Positions 53,302 through 63,492 of a stretch of DNA of 64,000 bases are shown piece after piece; position 1 is the stretch's first letter, and the number at the start of each line of letters is the position of its first letter. The notes under the pieces were generated by a model, which searched no databases, was not told the DNA's origin, and saw only the letters and a program-made list of their open reading frames with translations. The DNA is from a virus: positions 74,193 to 138,192 of the IMG/VR virus record IMGVR_UViG_3300018080_000116; one strand, given 5' to 3'. The position numbers were made by a program, and so were the translations under genes.

Positions 53302-54900
53302 ATGCCAACAGTTGGTGGTGTGAGAGCAGGTGGCGATGCAAAAGCCACATGTCTCATCGGATGTATCAAAGATTTCACGTGTAACGGACAAGTGCCGCTG
53401 GTTTTTCCAGTAAACGGAGACAATATAGCTCCTTGGGTGAAGGCAAGATTCGCCAAAGGCAGTCCAGGCGGCATTATGGAAGATGAAATTATCACCGTGG
53501 GCAATGAATCGTGTTGGCTTGTAAACAAATTCGGCGAACCACACCACGCTGCCATAAAGAGCTTTGAGTATGGTACATTTGATGGCCATAAGGCTAAACT
53601 AGAGATCATTGATGAAGAGGGTGGGGCCTTTTTCCTGTTTGTGGAAAAGATTCTTAAATGTCTGGACCGAACTAAAGCCCAATACTTCTTCCAGGTGCAA
53701 TGGGGCTGGACAATTCAGAACTGCGACGGCAATTGGGATTTTGAGGCTTCGCCCATTGTCACCTTCGTCCCCATCAACCTGGAAGTCAGCTTCAGTGATG
53801 GCGTAGTAAAATACAACATCACTGGAACCGACGCTTTCCAAATTTCATTTGTTGCTCGTGAAGACGAACACACTGGAAGTGATGATGCCAAGGTCTGCTT
53901 GAAGCCCGCCATCACAGATCTGCTACAGAAGAATGAACCCAAGGCCGCTGTTAAGTTCCTGCGAAAGGAAAATGACGGAACCATCACCACCTGGAACTAC
54001 AAGCCCGCATGCCCCTGCTTTGCTGAAGGCCCGCTTTCCTCATGGACATATGACAATCAAAACAAAATGGGCACAATTGCAAGATGGACCCAACCTTTCA
54101 GAACCACCAGGGATAAAGGCTTGCTTTTTCAATGGGACACTCTAGAGCCCAACCCAACGACGGTCTTATGGGAAGATAATTCATTGGAATGTGACGAAAA
54201 GGCTCAGTGTAATCCCGGCAGATTTGTTGGTAGCTTCATTGTAAACGGCGGCAAGTGCAGCAATGTCATCAGTTTCAATCCCAATATCAACTGGCCCGCT
54301 GGTTTCGCTTTGATGGCCCAAGGCGGTGGCGAAGGTGGTCCGGTCAATTCGAAGGGTGTCAAGAAAGACAATCGACGACCGCAGGGTTGTGCGCCCCAAG
54401 GGGGAAGCAAGGCCGGTATCAAACAGAGTGTTGAGTTAACCCGACAAGGCGTAGATTGTTATGGCACTGAAGATGTGTACGATGAAACGGAAAAATCTCA
54501 AATGGCCCACAACAAAGCCAATGTCGGACGTGAAGGCATCCAGCCCATCGAAGCAGAACTTCGAATCCAGGGAAACCCTGGATACAAATTTGTAGCCTCT
54601 CAGTTTATTCATCAGGCATATGCCTGCATTGTTGTAATCAATCCATTCCACCTTGCGGGACCATGGTGGGATGGCTGCGGTGATTGGATGGTCCTTGCAG
54701 ACAGTGGTTGTAACACTGTGTTGAGCAATCGCTTCTGGAAGGTCATGGGCGTCAACCACCAGATCAAGGAAGGCTCCTATGTAACTACGTTAAAGGTGGT
54801 GCTGCCCGTACCCGGTGTGGACATCAGTCCTGACCAACACCTCGGTTCGGACGATCTGGCTTACCGCCCAATGGATTCAGCCGATGGGCCACCGTGCTAA
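53302..54900 (+). CDS. baseplate hub (gp27/late control D-like)
   Basis: position; IEAELRIQGNP, V.GVNHQI..G.YVT.L. Confidence 0.65.
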   Translation: MPTVGGVRAGGDAKATCLIGCIKDFTCNGQVPLVFPVNGDNIAPWVKARFAKGSPGGIMEDEIITVGNESCWLVNKFGEPHHAAIKSFEYGTFDGHKAKLEIIDEEGGAFFLFVEKILKCLDRTKAQYFFQVQWGWTIQNCDGNWDFEASPIVTFVPINLEVSFSDGVVKYNITGTDAFQISFVAREDEHTGSDDAKVCLKPAITDLLQKNEPKAAVKFLRKENDGTITTWNYKPACPCFAEGPLSSWTYDNQNKMGTIARWTQPFRTTRDKGLLFQWDTLEPNPTTVLWEDNSLECDEKAQCNPGRFVGSFIVNGGKCSNVISFNPNINWPAGFALMAQGGGEGGPVNSKGVKKDNRRPQGCAPQGGSKAGIKQSVELTRQGVDCYGTEDVYDETEKSQMAHNKANVGREGIQPIEAELRIQGNPGYKFVASQFIHQAYACIVVINPFHLAGPWWDGCGDWMVLADSGCNTVLSNRFWKVMGVNHQIKEGSYVTTLKVVLPVPGVDISPDQHLGSDDLAYRPMDSADGPPC

Positions 54901-54909
54901 GGAGAAATA

Positions 54910-56964
54910 ATGCCAAGAGGATTAGGATCAAAAACTGACGGAACTGCCAGAGCGGCTTCCGAACAAGCCAAGCGAGGCACGGGTGCTTCCGCAAGCCTTG
55001 TTGATTGGGTCACTGGAATTCAGGGTCGTATTCAGGCCGTAGAAGACAAGTTCTACGAAATGGGATACGATATGAAACGTATTGCCCAAAGCGAGGTGAA
55101 AAAACGATGGAAGATCCAGCCACAGGCAGAAACATTCTTTGGAATGTACACCGCTCTCTCTATTGATACACTCGACCCGCTAAAGCAGGGTCGAGTGCGT
55201 ATGTACAGTCCACTTCTGAACCACCCAGACACAAGAGTGAAAGCCCTGGATTGGGCTTGGCCCATTTCTACCCTCTCTGGCTTCGACGACTCTGGCTCTC
55301 CTTGGGTGCCACCGGCAAGCTCGATGATATGCGTAATATTTGAGCGTGGTTCCAAGTCAACGCCTTATTACATTGGCACCACATGGCCAAGAGATAGGGG
55401 CCCGGTAGGAAAGCACACTTGGGATTATACCATTCCCGAATATTACTGTATTTGGGAAGGGCATCGTCACGGATACCTTGTTGGGCCCAATGATGAATCG
55501 CAGGTGTTACCGCCATGGAATACGGAAAGCTACAACGGACCCGATGCTGACAAAACAATGACGGGGGAAGAAATTGAAGAACTTCCCATCCACCCACCAC
55601 ACATCTACGGCTTCAAGACTCCTGAAAAGCACATGTGGAAAGGCGTTGATGGCGATCCTTGGTGTAATCGCAGATGGAAAAGGTTAGAGATTCTTAGTGG
55701 GGGTGGCGGTGGCTGGATGATCTTCAAGGACGATCACATGCACCCGAGTGGGCAATGGGCCCACCCTGATTGCGGCTGTGCTGGTTGCGGCGGCGGCGAT
55801 TTAAGCAACTGTGCTTCTTGCGACGACCCTTTTGTAGATTGCTGCGAACCGTTAGAACCCACCGACTGTGATGCAGGAGCGAAGCAAGAGTGTGCCAACC
55901 CCTGGTTTAAGCACGAAAATGAATGCCGACCTTACAAAGGCCCCAGAACACCTCAGAATAACCGGGCTGATCTCCCACAGACAGGAATTCAGTTTTTAAG
56001 TTACGGCGGGCACACCTTCCTCATGGACGACAAGGTAGAAGAACCAGAGGGGATTCCAAATTGGGAAAGAAGCCTCATGCCTTTTGATTGGGGCTGCACC
56101 AATAAGTGCGAAGGCCGAACACATTGGACATCCATGACGGGGCATTTTGTTGAATTCAGCGATTGGGAAGATCCACCCGAAATACGAAGTCGTTGGAATC
56201 ACGTAAAGGTGATGTCGGCCTGCGGAAATCAAATAAAGCTTTGCGATCACACTATTCCGGAATGCATTGCTGGAGAGCACCGTGGAATCTGGATGACCAG
56301 CACAAGCAACCACGTCATTCAGATGTGCGACGATGGCACGCCCCACTGTTCACCACGAAAAGAGATCAACCCTGAAGATCCGTGTATTCAAGGATACGAA
56401 CCGGGAAAAAGAGAGCCTGCGCCTAACCCGGATGCCAAAAGAGGGTATATCAGGTTGCGTACCGGTTACGGCTTGGAAATTATGATGGCCGATTTCTTCA
56501 GTCAGAAAGAAACCCAACAACAGTACATCCAGATCTTTTGTCCGCAATATGACAACCCCTGTGGGCCGCATATTCATCGGTATCAAGAAAGCCCCAATAG
56601 CTGTGAGGCTTATGTGTATCTACGAGTGGGTGGCACTTACATTTGCTCAACCTGCTGCGATCACATCACTATTGTTGGAGAGCCAATCGACTCCAACAAG
56701 ATCGTACTCGTCAGTCACGACTACATTGAAGTCACCGAGAACATCTACTACAACAAAGCCCGATTGCACATATTCTTCGCAGAAGAACGAATTTTCTTAC
56801 TTGTGGATCACGATTGCCCTGACGACAATCCGTGTGCAGGGTTGGTGGCCGTGCTTACAAGTGGCGGACTTAAAGCAAGCACAAGAGTCATTGCAAGTTT
56901 CAGACCGGATGATCCCTGCGTATCCGTATTCCACCTCCATCCATTTATGTGTAGCAACGAATAA
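54910..56964 (+). CDS. central spike gp5/VgrG-like
   Basis: DPLKQGRVR, GSPWVPPASSMICVIFERG (OB-fold motif). Confidence 0.8.
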   Translation: MPRGLGSKTDGTARAASEQAKRGTGASASLVDWVTGIQGRIQAVEDKFYEMGYDMKRIAQSEVKKRWKIQPQAETFFGMYTALSIDTLDPLKQGRVRMYSPLLNHPDTRVKALDWAWPISTLSGFDDSGSPWVPPASSMICVIFERGSKSTPYYIGTTWPRDRGPVGKHTWDYTIPEYYCIWEGHRHGYLVGPNDESQVLPPWNTESYNGPDADKTMTGEEIEELPIHPPHIYGFKTPEKHMWKGVDGDPWCNRRWKRLEILSGGGGGWMIFKDDHMHPSGQWAHPDCGCAGCGGGDLSNCASCDDPFVDCCEPLEPTDCDAGAKQECANPWFKHENECRPYKGPRTPQNNRADLPQTGIQFLSYGGHTFLMDDKVEEPEGIPNWERSLMPFDWGCTNKCEGRTHWTSMTGHFVEFSDWEDPPEIRSRWNHVKVMSACGNQIKLCDHTIPECIAGEHRGIWMTSTSNHVIQMCDDGTPHCSPRKEINPEDPCIQGYEPGKREPAPNPDAKRGYIRLRTGYGLEIMMADFFSQKETQQQYIQIFCPQYDNPCGPHIHRYQESPNSCEAYVYLRVGGTYICSTCCDHITIVGEPIDSNKIVLVSHDYIEVTENIYYNKARLHIFFAEERIFLLVDHDCPDDNPCAGLVAVLTSGGLKASTRVIASFRPDDPCVSVFHLHPFMCSNE

Positions 56965-56972
56965 GGAGAGAA

Positions 56973-57392
56973 ATGAAGTTTTTAGGAGCACCATATCCAA
57001 TCATCAAACATCCGAGGGGATTGCTCAGAACGCAAAGTGGAATAGACCAAGTAAAATCGGACATGCTCTCTCTCCTTTTGACCACTCCGGGCGAGCGAGT
57101 TATGCTGCCGGAATTCGGCACGCCACTTAAAGAGTTAATGTTTGACCCGAATGATCCCACAACAGTAGATAAAGCAAGGGAAATGATTATCAAATCCTTG
57201 GATATGTGGGAACCAAGAGTGACCATTGACCAGATAGATATAACCAATGGTTTGCCAGAGGAAGACCTCAACCCGGAAGACGATATGAGCCAACGAGAGC
57301 ACATATTGGGCATTAAGATTAAATTCTACGACCCGGACAACATCAGCGATGTTCAAGAACTGAAATTGGAGATTCCACTCACTGGAGAGTAA
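56973..57392 (+). CDS. baseplate wedge gp25
   Basis: LLLTTPGERVMLPEFGT.L, WEPRV. Confidence 0.92.
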   Translation: MKFLGAPYPIIKHPRGLLRTQSGIDQVKSDMLSLLLTTPGERVMLPEFGTPLKELMFDPNDPTTVDKAREMIIKSLDMWEPRVTIDQIDITNGLPEEDLNPEDDMSQREHILGIKIKFYDPDNISDVQELKLEIPLTGE

Positions 57393-57393
57393 C

Positions 57394-58974
57394 ATGCCTT
57401 ATGATAACAACTGCCCAATAGGGATAGCACCTTACGATCAATCTGAAAGAATCAGAAACCCGAAAATATTCAACTTGAACTACACGGCCCAAGATTTTTG
57501 GTCTATGAAGACCAAGTTGGTGGAATTCATTAGGGAAAGATTCGGCTCAGAAGGAACGATTTTGCCCAACACATTCAACGACTTCGTGGAATCTGATATT
57601 GCCATCATGTTGATTGAAAACTGGGCGTTTTTAGCAGACATCCTTAGTTTCAAGATGGACCAAATTGCCAATGAAATATTCATTGACACTGTAGCAGAAG
57701 CCGAGAATGCTTTCAGGCTTGCCAAATTGGTGGGTTTTGAGCCTTTGCCGCCTATTGCGGCAAAGTCTCTATGGTCTGGACATCTCAATAATGTTTTTTC
57801 GCAAGACATTCACTTGAGCACCCCCATCCCCTTTAGCCTCGCTGCTGATGGAGAGCCACTAGAAATTGAATTGTTCCAAGCAGACTCAAGTGGGAACCCC
57901 ATTTTCGACCAAGACATAATCGTTTCAGCGGGATCTGACCACAACAGCAGTATTGTTGGCCTGGAAGGTCACACCTATGAAGAAGTCATGACATCCACTG
58001 GCGAGGTGTCGCAGACACGAGTGCTGGGTGATTATCCAGTCATTTATGATTCTGTGCGTGTGGCAGTCGATGGCATTCAGTGGACGAGGGTGGATTATTT
58101 CACAGATTCTCAACCCAGGAGGGAATTTCGTGTTGAGTTCGATTCTGACTACAGGGCCTACGTTGTCTTCGGTAACAACAGAGCGGGTTTAATGCCTCCT
58201 CGTGGCTCCAGAATTACAGTCACCTACAGAGTGGGCGGCGGCACCCGAGGGAACATCGTTACAGACTTTGCCCAAGTACAAAGACAGGTGTATGTTCCAG
58301 GGTTGGATTACAGTGTACCCATTACATTTCGCAACTTTTCCCCTGGCAAATATGGCTATGATGGTGACACTATTGAAGACATTCGAGCCAAACTGCCCGC
58401 TTACCTCAGAGTGCAGAATCGAGCAGTTTCCGGTCTGGACTACAAAACTCTAGCGGATCAATTCGCCTCGCCTTACAACGGTAAGATTGGCCGATCAACG
58501 GCTGTTTTGAGGAACCATGGTTGCGCAGGAAATATCATAGACCTTTATGTTTTAGCCCAAGTAGATGTCATGGACTTGGAGAAAACCAGCAGCGAATTGA
58601 AGGTGGAATTGGCCAATGAAATAAACGCAAAGAAAATGCTAACAGATTTTGTTTGCATCCGTGATGGTATGATTATCTACGCCGATGTTGGCATCGAAGT
58701 TATGCTGGACAAGTCCTACAGGAAGTTCGAGGAAGAAATTAAGCAAAACATATTAAACCGCACTAACGCCTTTTTCAGTTTGCATCGTTGGGAGTATGGA
58801 AAGACTTTGAAAGACATTGACTTGGTTAAGGAGCTTTCGCAAGTAAGGCAGGTGGATAGTTACACAATCGAGTTTACCACAGACGATGAAGATAATTCGG
58901 GAAGCACCGTAACCACCAAATATTACGAAATAGTGCGGCCCGACAACATCAACATATCGTTCTCGTACACCTAA
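57394..58974 (+). CDS. baseplate wedge gp6 / baseplate J-like
   Basis: NDFVESD, FG....G..P, YRVGGG..GN, QNRAVS..DY. Confidence 0.9.
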   Translation: MPYDNNCPIGIAPYDQSERIRNPKIFNLNYTAQDFWSMKTKLVEFIRERFGSEGTILPNTFNDFVESDIAIMLIENWAFLADILSFKMDQIANEIFIDTVAEAENAFRLAKLVGFEPLPPIAAKSLWSGHLNNVFSQDIHLSTPIPFSLAADGEPLEIELFQADSSGNPIFDQDIIVSAGSDHNSSIVGLEGHTYEEVMTSTGEVSQTRVLGDYPVIYDSVRVAVDGIQWTRVDYFTDSQPRREFRVEFDSDYRAYVVFGNNRAGLMPPRGSRITVTYRVGGGTRGNIVTDFAQVQRQVYVPGLDYSVPITFRNFSPGKYGYDGDTIEDIRAKLPAYLRVQNRAVSGLDYKTLADQFASPYNGKIGRSTAVLRNHGCAGNIIDLYVLAQVDVMDLEKTSSELKVELANEINAKKMLTDFVCIRDGMIIYADVGIEVMLDKSYRKFEEEIKQNILNRTNAFFSLHRWEYGKTLKDIDLVKELSQVRQVDSYTIEFTTDDEDNSGSTVTTKYYEIVRPDNINISFSYT

Positions 58975-58985
58975 GGGGAGTCACC

Positions 58986-61900
58986 GTGGCGCTGAAAAGG
59001 ATAAATCAATCACCGAAAATAACAGACGAGGTAGTATTTGATCTGCCGACGCCTGATGCCGATGGCTGCTTTAATAGTGCAGAATATCAGGCACGAGGGG
59101 GACCGTACAAGGTAGACAAAGTGGTCATCTACCATGTTGAGATAGACCAAAATGCTCCCAATGCCGAAGAGTACGAGAAAAACCTATATGAAAGTGAGAA
59201 GTGGACGGCCTATGAAGCCGCTAGAGCCGCCGCATGCGATTCACCCACAGACGACAATTTGTTTGCCTTAACCCAAGCGCAAGAGGCTCTGGTGGTTTCC
59301 GCCAAACAGGAAAACATCTATTATCGTTCCGCAGAAGTTGTAGCTAAATTCGGCACCTCAGAAGATCCAGCTTGGCTTAGTTCAGACACAGATAATGCGT
59401 TCATCATTCACATAGATGAAGATGCAGATGGCAATCCTCAGTACGGCCACTATGAACTACATTGGGAACCCAAAGGGGTCCGGGAAGGCGACTATTTCAT
59501 TTGCTGGACTTGGACACCCAATCCTGCTGGCGACTCATTGACTGCCCACACGCACTTCACTCTCTTTGGAGACACACAACTCACAACCAGCATTCCTTCT
59601 CACTACACGCCCGAGGGTAAGTACGAAACACTTCTAGATCGCTATCTTCCCGAGGTGTACAAAACCTCTCTGAGTGACTCAGACATTGCCCCACGGGTTT
59701 TCCATGAATTGAATGCTGCTATCGCCAAGGGGTTTATCTTCCTGGAAGATATGGCGAACCAAATGGTTGACTTACAAGACGCCAACACCATCCACGAGTC
59801 GCTCATACCCTACCTCAGTAACTTATTCAACCTGCGACTCAAGTCGGATGACCCCACTCTATGGCGAGCACAAGTTAAGCGAGCAATACCACTTTTCAAG
59901 AAAAAAGGTACGCTGTCGGCATTGCAAGAAGCGTTCAACCTTGCTGGGATGAACCTAACCAAGTTCACCAAGTTGTGGCAGGTCATCTCTTTGTACACAT
60001 GGCAGGAAGCTTTTGATATTGAAGACGAGGATGAATTGACATTCGTTTTGGACAAGAATGCCGTCCTCCCCATAGATGTCTCCAACTGTGAAGTTTACTA
60101 TCGGCCTGCGGATAGTGATAGTTGGACACAACTCACAACTGACTATTTAGTCTTTGACACAGATCAAGGCGAAACAACTATCACATGGATTGGGCATGAG
60201 CTATCTTACAATCCGATTGTTTTGGAAGAAGGTGACACCATCCGAGTCATTTATCCACATACCGCAGTGCCAGATTCCGCCGCTCAAACAATTGAGGATT
60301 ATGTGAGGGAATTACCTCTCGCCGATCAGAGAGACCATAGAGATCAAGATTGCCCTCTAAAAAATTGGAACGTCCGAGTAATCGAGGAAGACGACCCCAT
60401 GTTTGATGTGGTCATTCCTACGAGGCACCCATATCACGATCCGCTGATCTACGGATGGGTGCGAACGGAGTTTCCATACTCCGAAAACATTTACAACATG
60501 GAAGAGTACAACGGTAGCACCAGGGAGTCTTGCAATCCCTGCGACATCGATTGTCAATTCTTGGACCCCTGCCTTTATTGCCAAAGCAGTAAGTTCATTG
60601 TAGATGTCGAAGTTGAGAGATTGTCCAATGACAGAATTTTGGAAACTCAGGAAATACTTCAAGAGTTCACTCCGTTCCACGCCGTTACACATGCCATCAA
60701 CTTCACAGGTGCAGTCAATGAATACATTGCCTTGCCAGAAGAAACGGTGGAAGCACTCGTCCACATCAACACTGATGAAATCACTGTGGCGGGAGGCGCT
60801 CAGATGATATTCATGAGGACGATGAATCTTGCCAAAGAAATAGACAGGAATGATTTGGCACTCAAAACAACAGTTGCTACCCAAACTGGTGGCACTGCCT
60901 ATAACGATGAAATTGTCCTCTTCTCGCCCGACATTAAACTCGAAGGCATTGGGATGAATCATCAATCCCCGGACTCGCCTCCCGGCGTTATGTGGAATAA
61001 CTATCTGGAGGTTTTGGCACCTTCAGCCAACTCTGGCACTTACAGATTGGGCGAACCCGACAAGCACAATGCAACCGTAACCAAGATCTCGGGGAGCATT
61101 GGAGAAAGCCCTCTGGACACACAAGAATTTACCTTTCGCCTGTCCAACGAAATCTATGAGTTGGGATCTGTAGATGTGTTGGTGGAATTCTGTTTAACAG
61201 ACGCAACTGTCGATTTTGAGGAAATCAACGTTAAATCAACTAGGGACGTAAATGACAACCCGCACCACATTGATGCTGGCAGTGCGTGGAAAGTTAAAAT
61301 ACCAGCCTATTCTGCAACACCGTACACGGTCAAAGAAATTCAAGCAGATGGAAGTTTGCTGCTTGAAGACTCAACTCCTGGAACACTTCCCACCTCCGTG
61401 CAAACGGGCATGCCATACACGCTTTATGACGGCGACGACAACATCAAAGCGACCAGTTCGGCAGGTGCCTGGGAGAAAACGGGCCGAGGTGTTGTAGACC
61501 TCACCGGAGATTCCACCATGACAGATGTGCGGGATGTTTTCCGCACAGGCAGCGGCACAGGCAGAGACTACATCGACGTGGGCGGTACGCAGTATGCCGT
61601 GTCTGGATACGTTTACGATGAAACCCATTACTTGTATCTGGCCAACTACGACGTTGCCGCCGTGGGCGGAACAACCATTACCGGCTATAGAAGATTGGTT
61701 GATGGTGCCCGAGGGTACTTCAATTACAGGGGCCTGAAGCTGAAAACGGGAACCACAGACTTTGAATCTGACTTGGAAATCAACAATGGAGCCAACCCAC
61801 CAGCAGAAATGCTTGAAAATGACTCCTTTAAGGAAAACTTCCTGATATTGATTGATAGCGAATACTACGCTGTATCCGAATGGGATGCAGAAACCATTAC

Positions 61901-62255
61901 CCTGAGCGGGCCCTATCGAAGCTGGAAAACCCTGACACCTGGGGGTGGCACAAGCGTAACCTACAGTATTCTGCAATACGAAAAAGTGGAAGCAGACATT
62001 GATGAGCGACCCCACCTACTCGTCCCCGTGCCCGGACACTATTTCGGCAAGATAGAAGCCACGAACACCATTTGGGAGCAAGATAAATTGGACAGAAGTG
62101 ATAACGAAGTAATAGAAATTTCGATTGAAGAAGCTCCTGCCACTCCTTTAATGGCACACATGCTAAATAATAAAGGCAGTGGAGTGGAAGAATCCCAAGG
62201 ACAAGAAGAAGCTATTTCATACGCCATTGAATGGGCCCCAGAAGGAGAAAAATGA
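58986..62255 (+). CDS. baseplate wedge gp7-like / P2 gpI-domain protein
   Basis: LIPYL...F, AIPLFKKKGT; GTG start. Confidence 0.75.
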   Translation: MALKRINQSPKITDEVVFDLPTPDADGCFNSAEYQARGGPYKVDKVVIYHVEIDQNAPNAEEYEKNLYESEKWTAYEAARAAACDSPTDDNLFALTQAQEALVVSAKQENIYYRSAEVVAKFGTSEDPAWLSSDTDNAFIIHIDEDADGNPQYGHYELHWEPKGVREGDYFICWTWTPNPAGDSLTAHTHFTLFGDTQLTTSIPSHYTPEGKYETLLDRYLPEVYKTSLSDSDIAPRVFHELNAAIAKGFIFLEDMANQMVDLQDANTIHESLIPYLSNLFNLRLKSDDPTLWRAQVKRAIPLFKKKGTLSALQEAFNLAGMNLTKFTKLWQVISLYTWQEAFDIEDEDELTFVLDKNAVLPIDVSNCEVYYRPADSDSWTQLTTDYLVFDTDQGETTITWIGHELSYNPIVLEEGDTIRVIYPHTAVPDSAAQTIEDYVRELPLADQRDHRDQDCPLKNWNVRVIEEDDPMFDVVIPTRHPYHDPLIYGWVRTEFPYSENIYNMEEYNGSTRESCNPCDIDCQFLDPCLYCQSSKFIVDVEVERLSNDRILETQEILQEFTPFHAVTHAINFTGAVNEYIALPEETVEALVHINTDEITVAGGAQMIFMRTMNLAKEIDRNDLALKTTVATQTGGTAYNDEIVLFSPDIKLEGIGMNHQSPDSPPGVMWNNYLEVLAPSANSGTYRLGEPDKHNATVTKISGSIGESPLDTQEFTFRLSNEIYELGSVDVLVEFCLTDATVDFEEINVKSTRDVNDNPHHIDAGSAWKVKIPAYSATPYTVKEIQADGSLLLEDSTPGTLPTSVQTGMPYTLYDGDDNIKATSSAGAWEKTGRGVVDLTGDSTMTDVRDVFRTGSGTGRDYIDVGGTQYAVSGYVYDETHYLYLANYDVAAVGGTTITGYRRLVDGARGYFNYRGLKLKTGTTDFESDLEINNGANPPAEMLENDSFKENFLILIDSEYYAVSEWDAETITLSGPYRSWKTLTPGGGTSVTYSILQYEKVEADIDERPHLLVPVPGHYFGKIEATNTIWEQDKLDRSDNEVIEISIEEAPATPLMAHMLNNKGSGVEESQGQEEAISYAIEWAPEGEK

Positions 62256-62725
62256 TAAACGAACCCATGAAACCCAAAGGAGTCGTCGAAGCCATCATTG
62301 AACACAAGGATGGCCGAAAAGAGCGGCTGGAATTCACCAACACCATCTTGACCACTGGGAAGATGGCCCTGGCAAATAGTTTGGCCAACATTGTTGATGA
62401 TGTCTACACCTTCTACATCATGTACATGATATTCGGGACCAACGGCGTGAGCAGCGAAGTGGAAAAATTCGTACCTGCCAGCCGCACGGGGCTCTTTGGA
62501 GTCACCCGTGTGCAAAAACCGGTGGCCTCTCAGATTGATCCAGATAATCCTACGCAGGTAATTTTCACCTCCGTACTCACATTCGAGGATGGAAATGGAC
62601 ATGATTTGAGCGAAATGGCTCTGGTGATGGCCAATGGAGATCTTTACAGCATGGTAACCTTTCCCAAGCTACACAAAACAGACCAAATGCAAATTACCTG
62701 GAACTGGCGATTGAGCTTTGTGTAA
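62252..62725 (+). CDS. baseplate/tail-fibre attachment protein
   Basis: N.IL.TG...LA, FG..G, LSEMAL, K...QITWNW; start reassigned to 62252. Confidence 0.7.
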   Translation: MINEPMKPKGVVEAIIEHKDGRKERLEFTNTILTTGKMALANSLANIVDDVYTFYIMYMIFGTNGVSSEVEKFVPASRTGLFGVTRVQKPVASQIDPDNPTQVIFTSVLTFEDGNGHDLSEMALVMANGDLYSMVTFPKLHKTDQMQITWNWRLSFV

Positions 62726-62970
62726 TGAAATTAGAAATAAAAGAACACAACGGATGCAAGGTTATTTACGTAAACGATACGCTCTTCGATTGGGGTTTGG
62801 ACCCGGAAGACGTAGAGCGGGCGAAGAAGTTTGCGAAAAGTAGCGACGTACTCAAAAAGACGATCCAGAACGATATACAGAAACATTTTCTGGACAGCTT
62901 TGCCGAGTTCCTCGGCAAAGCTGTCACTTTTAACGAATTGAATGCAGCGATAGAAAGCGGTGAGATATGA
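62725..62970 (+). CDS. hypothetical protein
   Basis: coupled to neighbours. Confidence 0.6.
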   Translation: MKLEIKEHNGCKVIYVNDTLFDWGLDPEDVERAKKFAKSSDVLKKTIQNDIQKHFLDSFAEFLGKAVTFNELNAAIESGEI

Positions 62971-63491
62971 TCTTGATGCAAGAAAAGGATGATCGATTCT
63001 ATATCAAGGAATCAACCATCCCCGACGCAGGCATGGGACTTTTTGCCAAGACGCCCATCAAAGCGGGGTCTACCTTGCCCATACGGGGCGTGCAAGTCCA
63101 GGTGGGTTCGGCTGCGGATCAATGCACAGCCTATGCAAAGGACTACAAGTTCGCTGCCTGCGACCGCAAGATCAATCGTTATATTGTGCCGCTGGGTTAT
63201 GCGGGTCTAGTGAACCATGCCAACCACCCTGGAAACAAGAACGTGGAAATCCGAGCGTCGTATGGTCACCAGACAGATGATTTCACCGGCAAGATGGTTT
63301 ACTACTTCCTGAAGGATGTTCAGCCGGATGAAGAAATCCTCGGGGATTACGGTGAATTTTGGGCCGGGGTCTTCAATTGGGCCCAGCAGCACAAGCCGAA
63401 GGAGAAAGTTACTGAGGAGGATTGGCAAACCTTCTTGTCGCACAACCTATATAGCTTAGGTGACTTGATCGACGAAATCACGAAGGAGTAA
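62967..63491 (+). CDS. SET-domain protein (putative lysine methyltransferase)
   Basis: ESTIPDAGMGLFA..PI..G, LVNH, DVQPDEEI..DYG. Confidence 0.85.
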   Translation: MILMQEKDDRFYIKESTIPDAGMGLFAKTPIKAGSTLPIRGVQVQVGSAADQCTAYAKDYKFAACDRKINRYIVPLGYAGLVNHANHPGNKNVEIRASYGHQTDDFTGKMVYYFLKDVQPDEEILGDYGEFWAGVFNWAQQHKPKEKVTEEDWQTFLSHNLYSLGDLIDEITKE

Positions 63492-63492
63492 G

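Noticed and set aside
40879-62602. - strand ORFs inside the tape measure and baseplate genes (e.g. 42111..43475)
   Set aside because: They are antisense to well-supported structural genes, a by-product of their codon bias.
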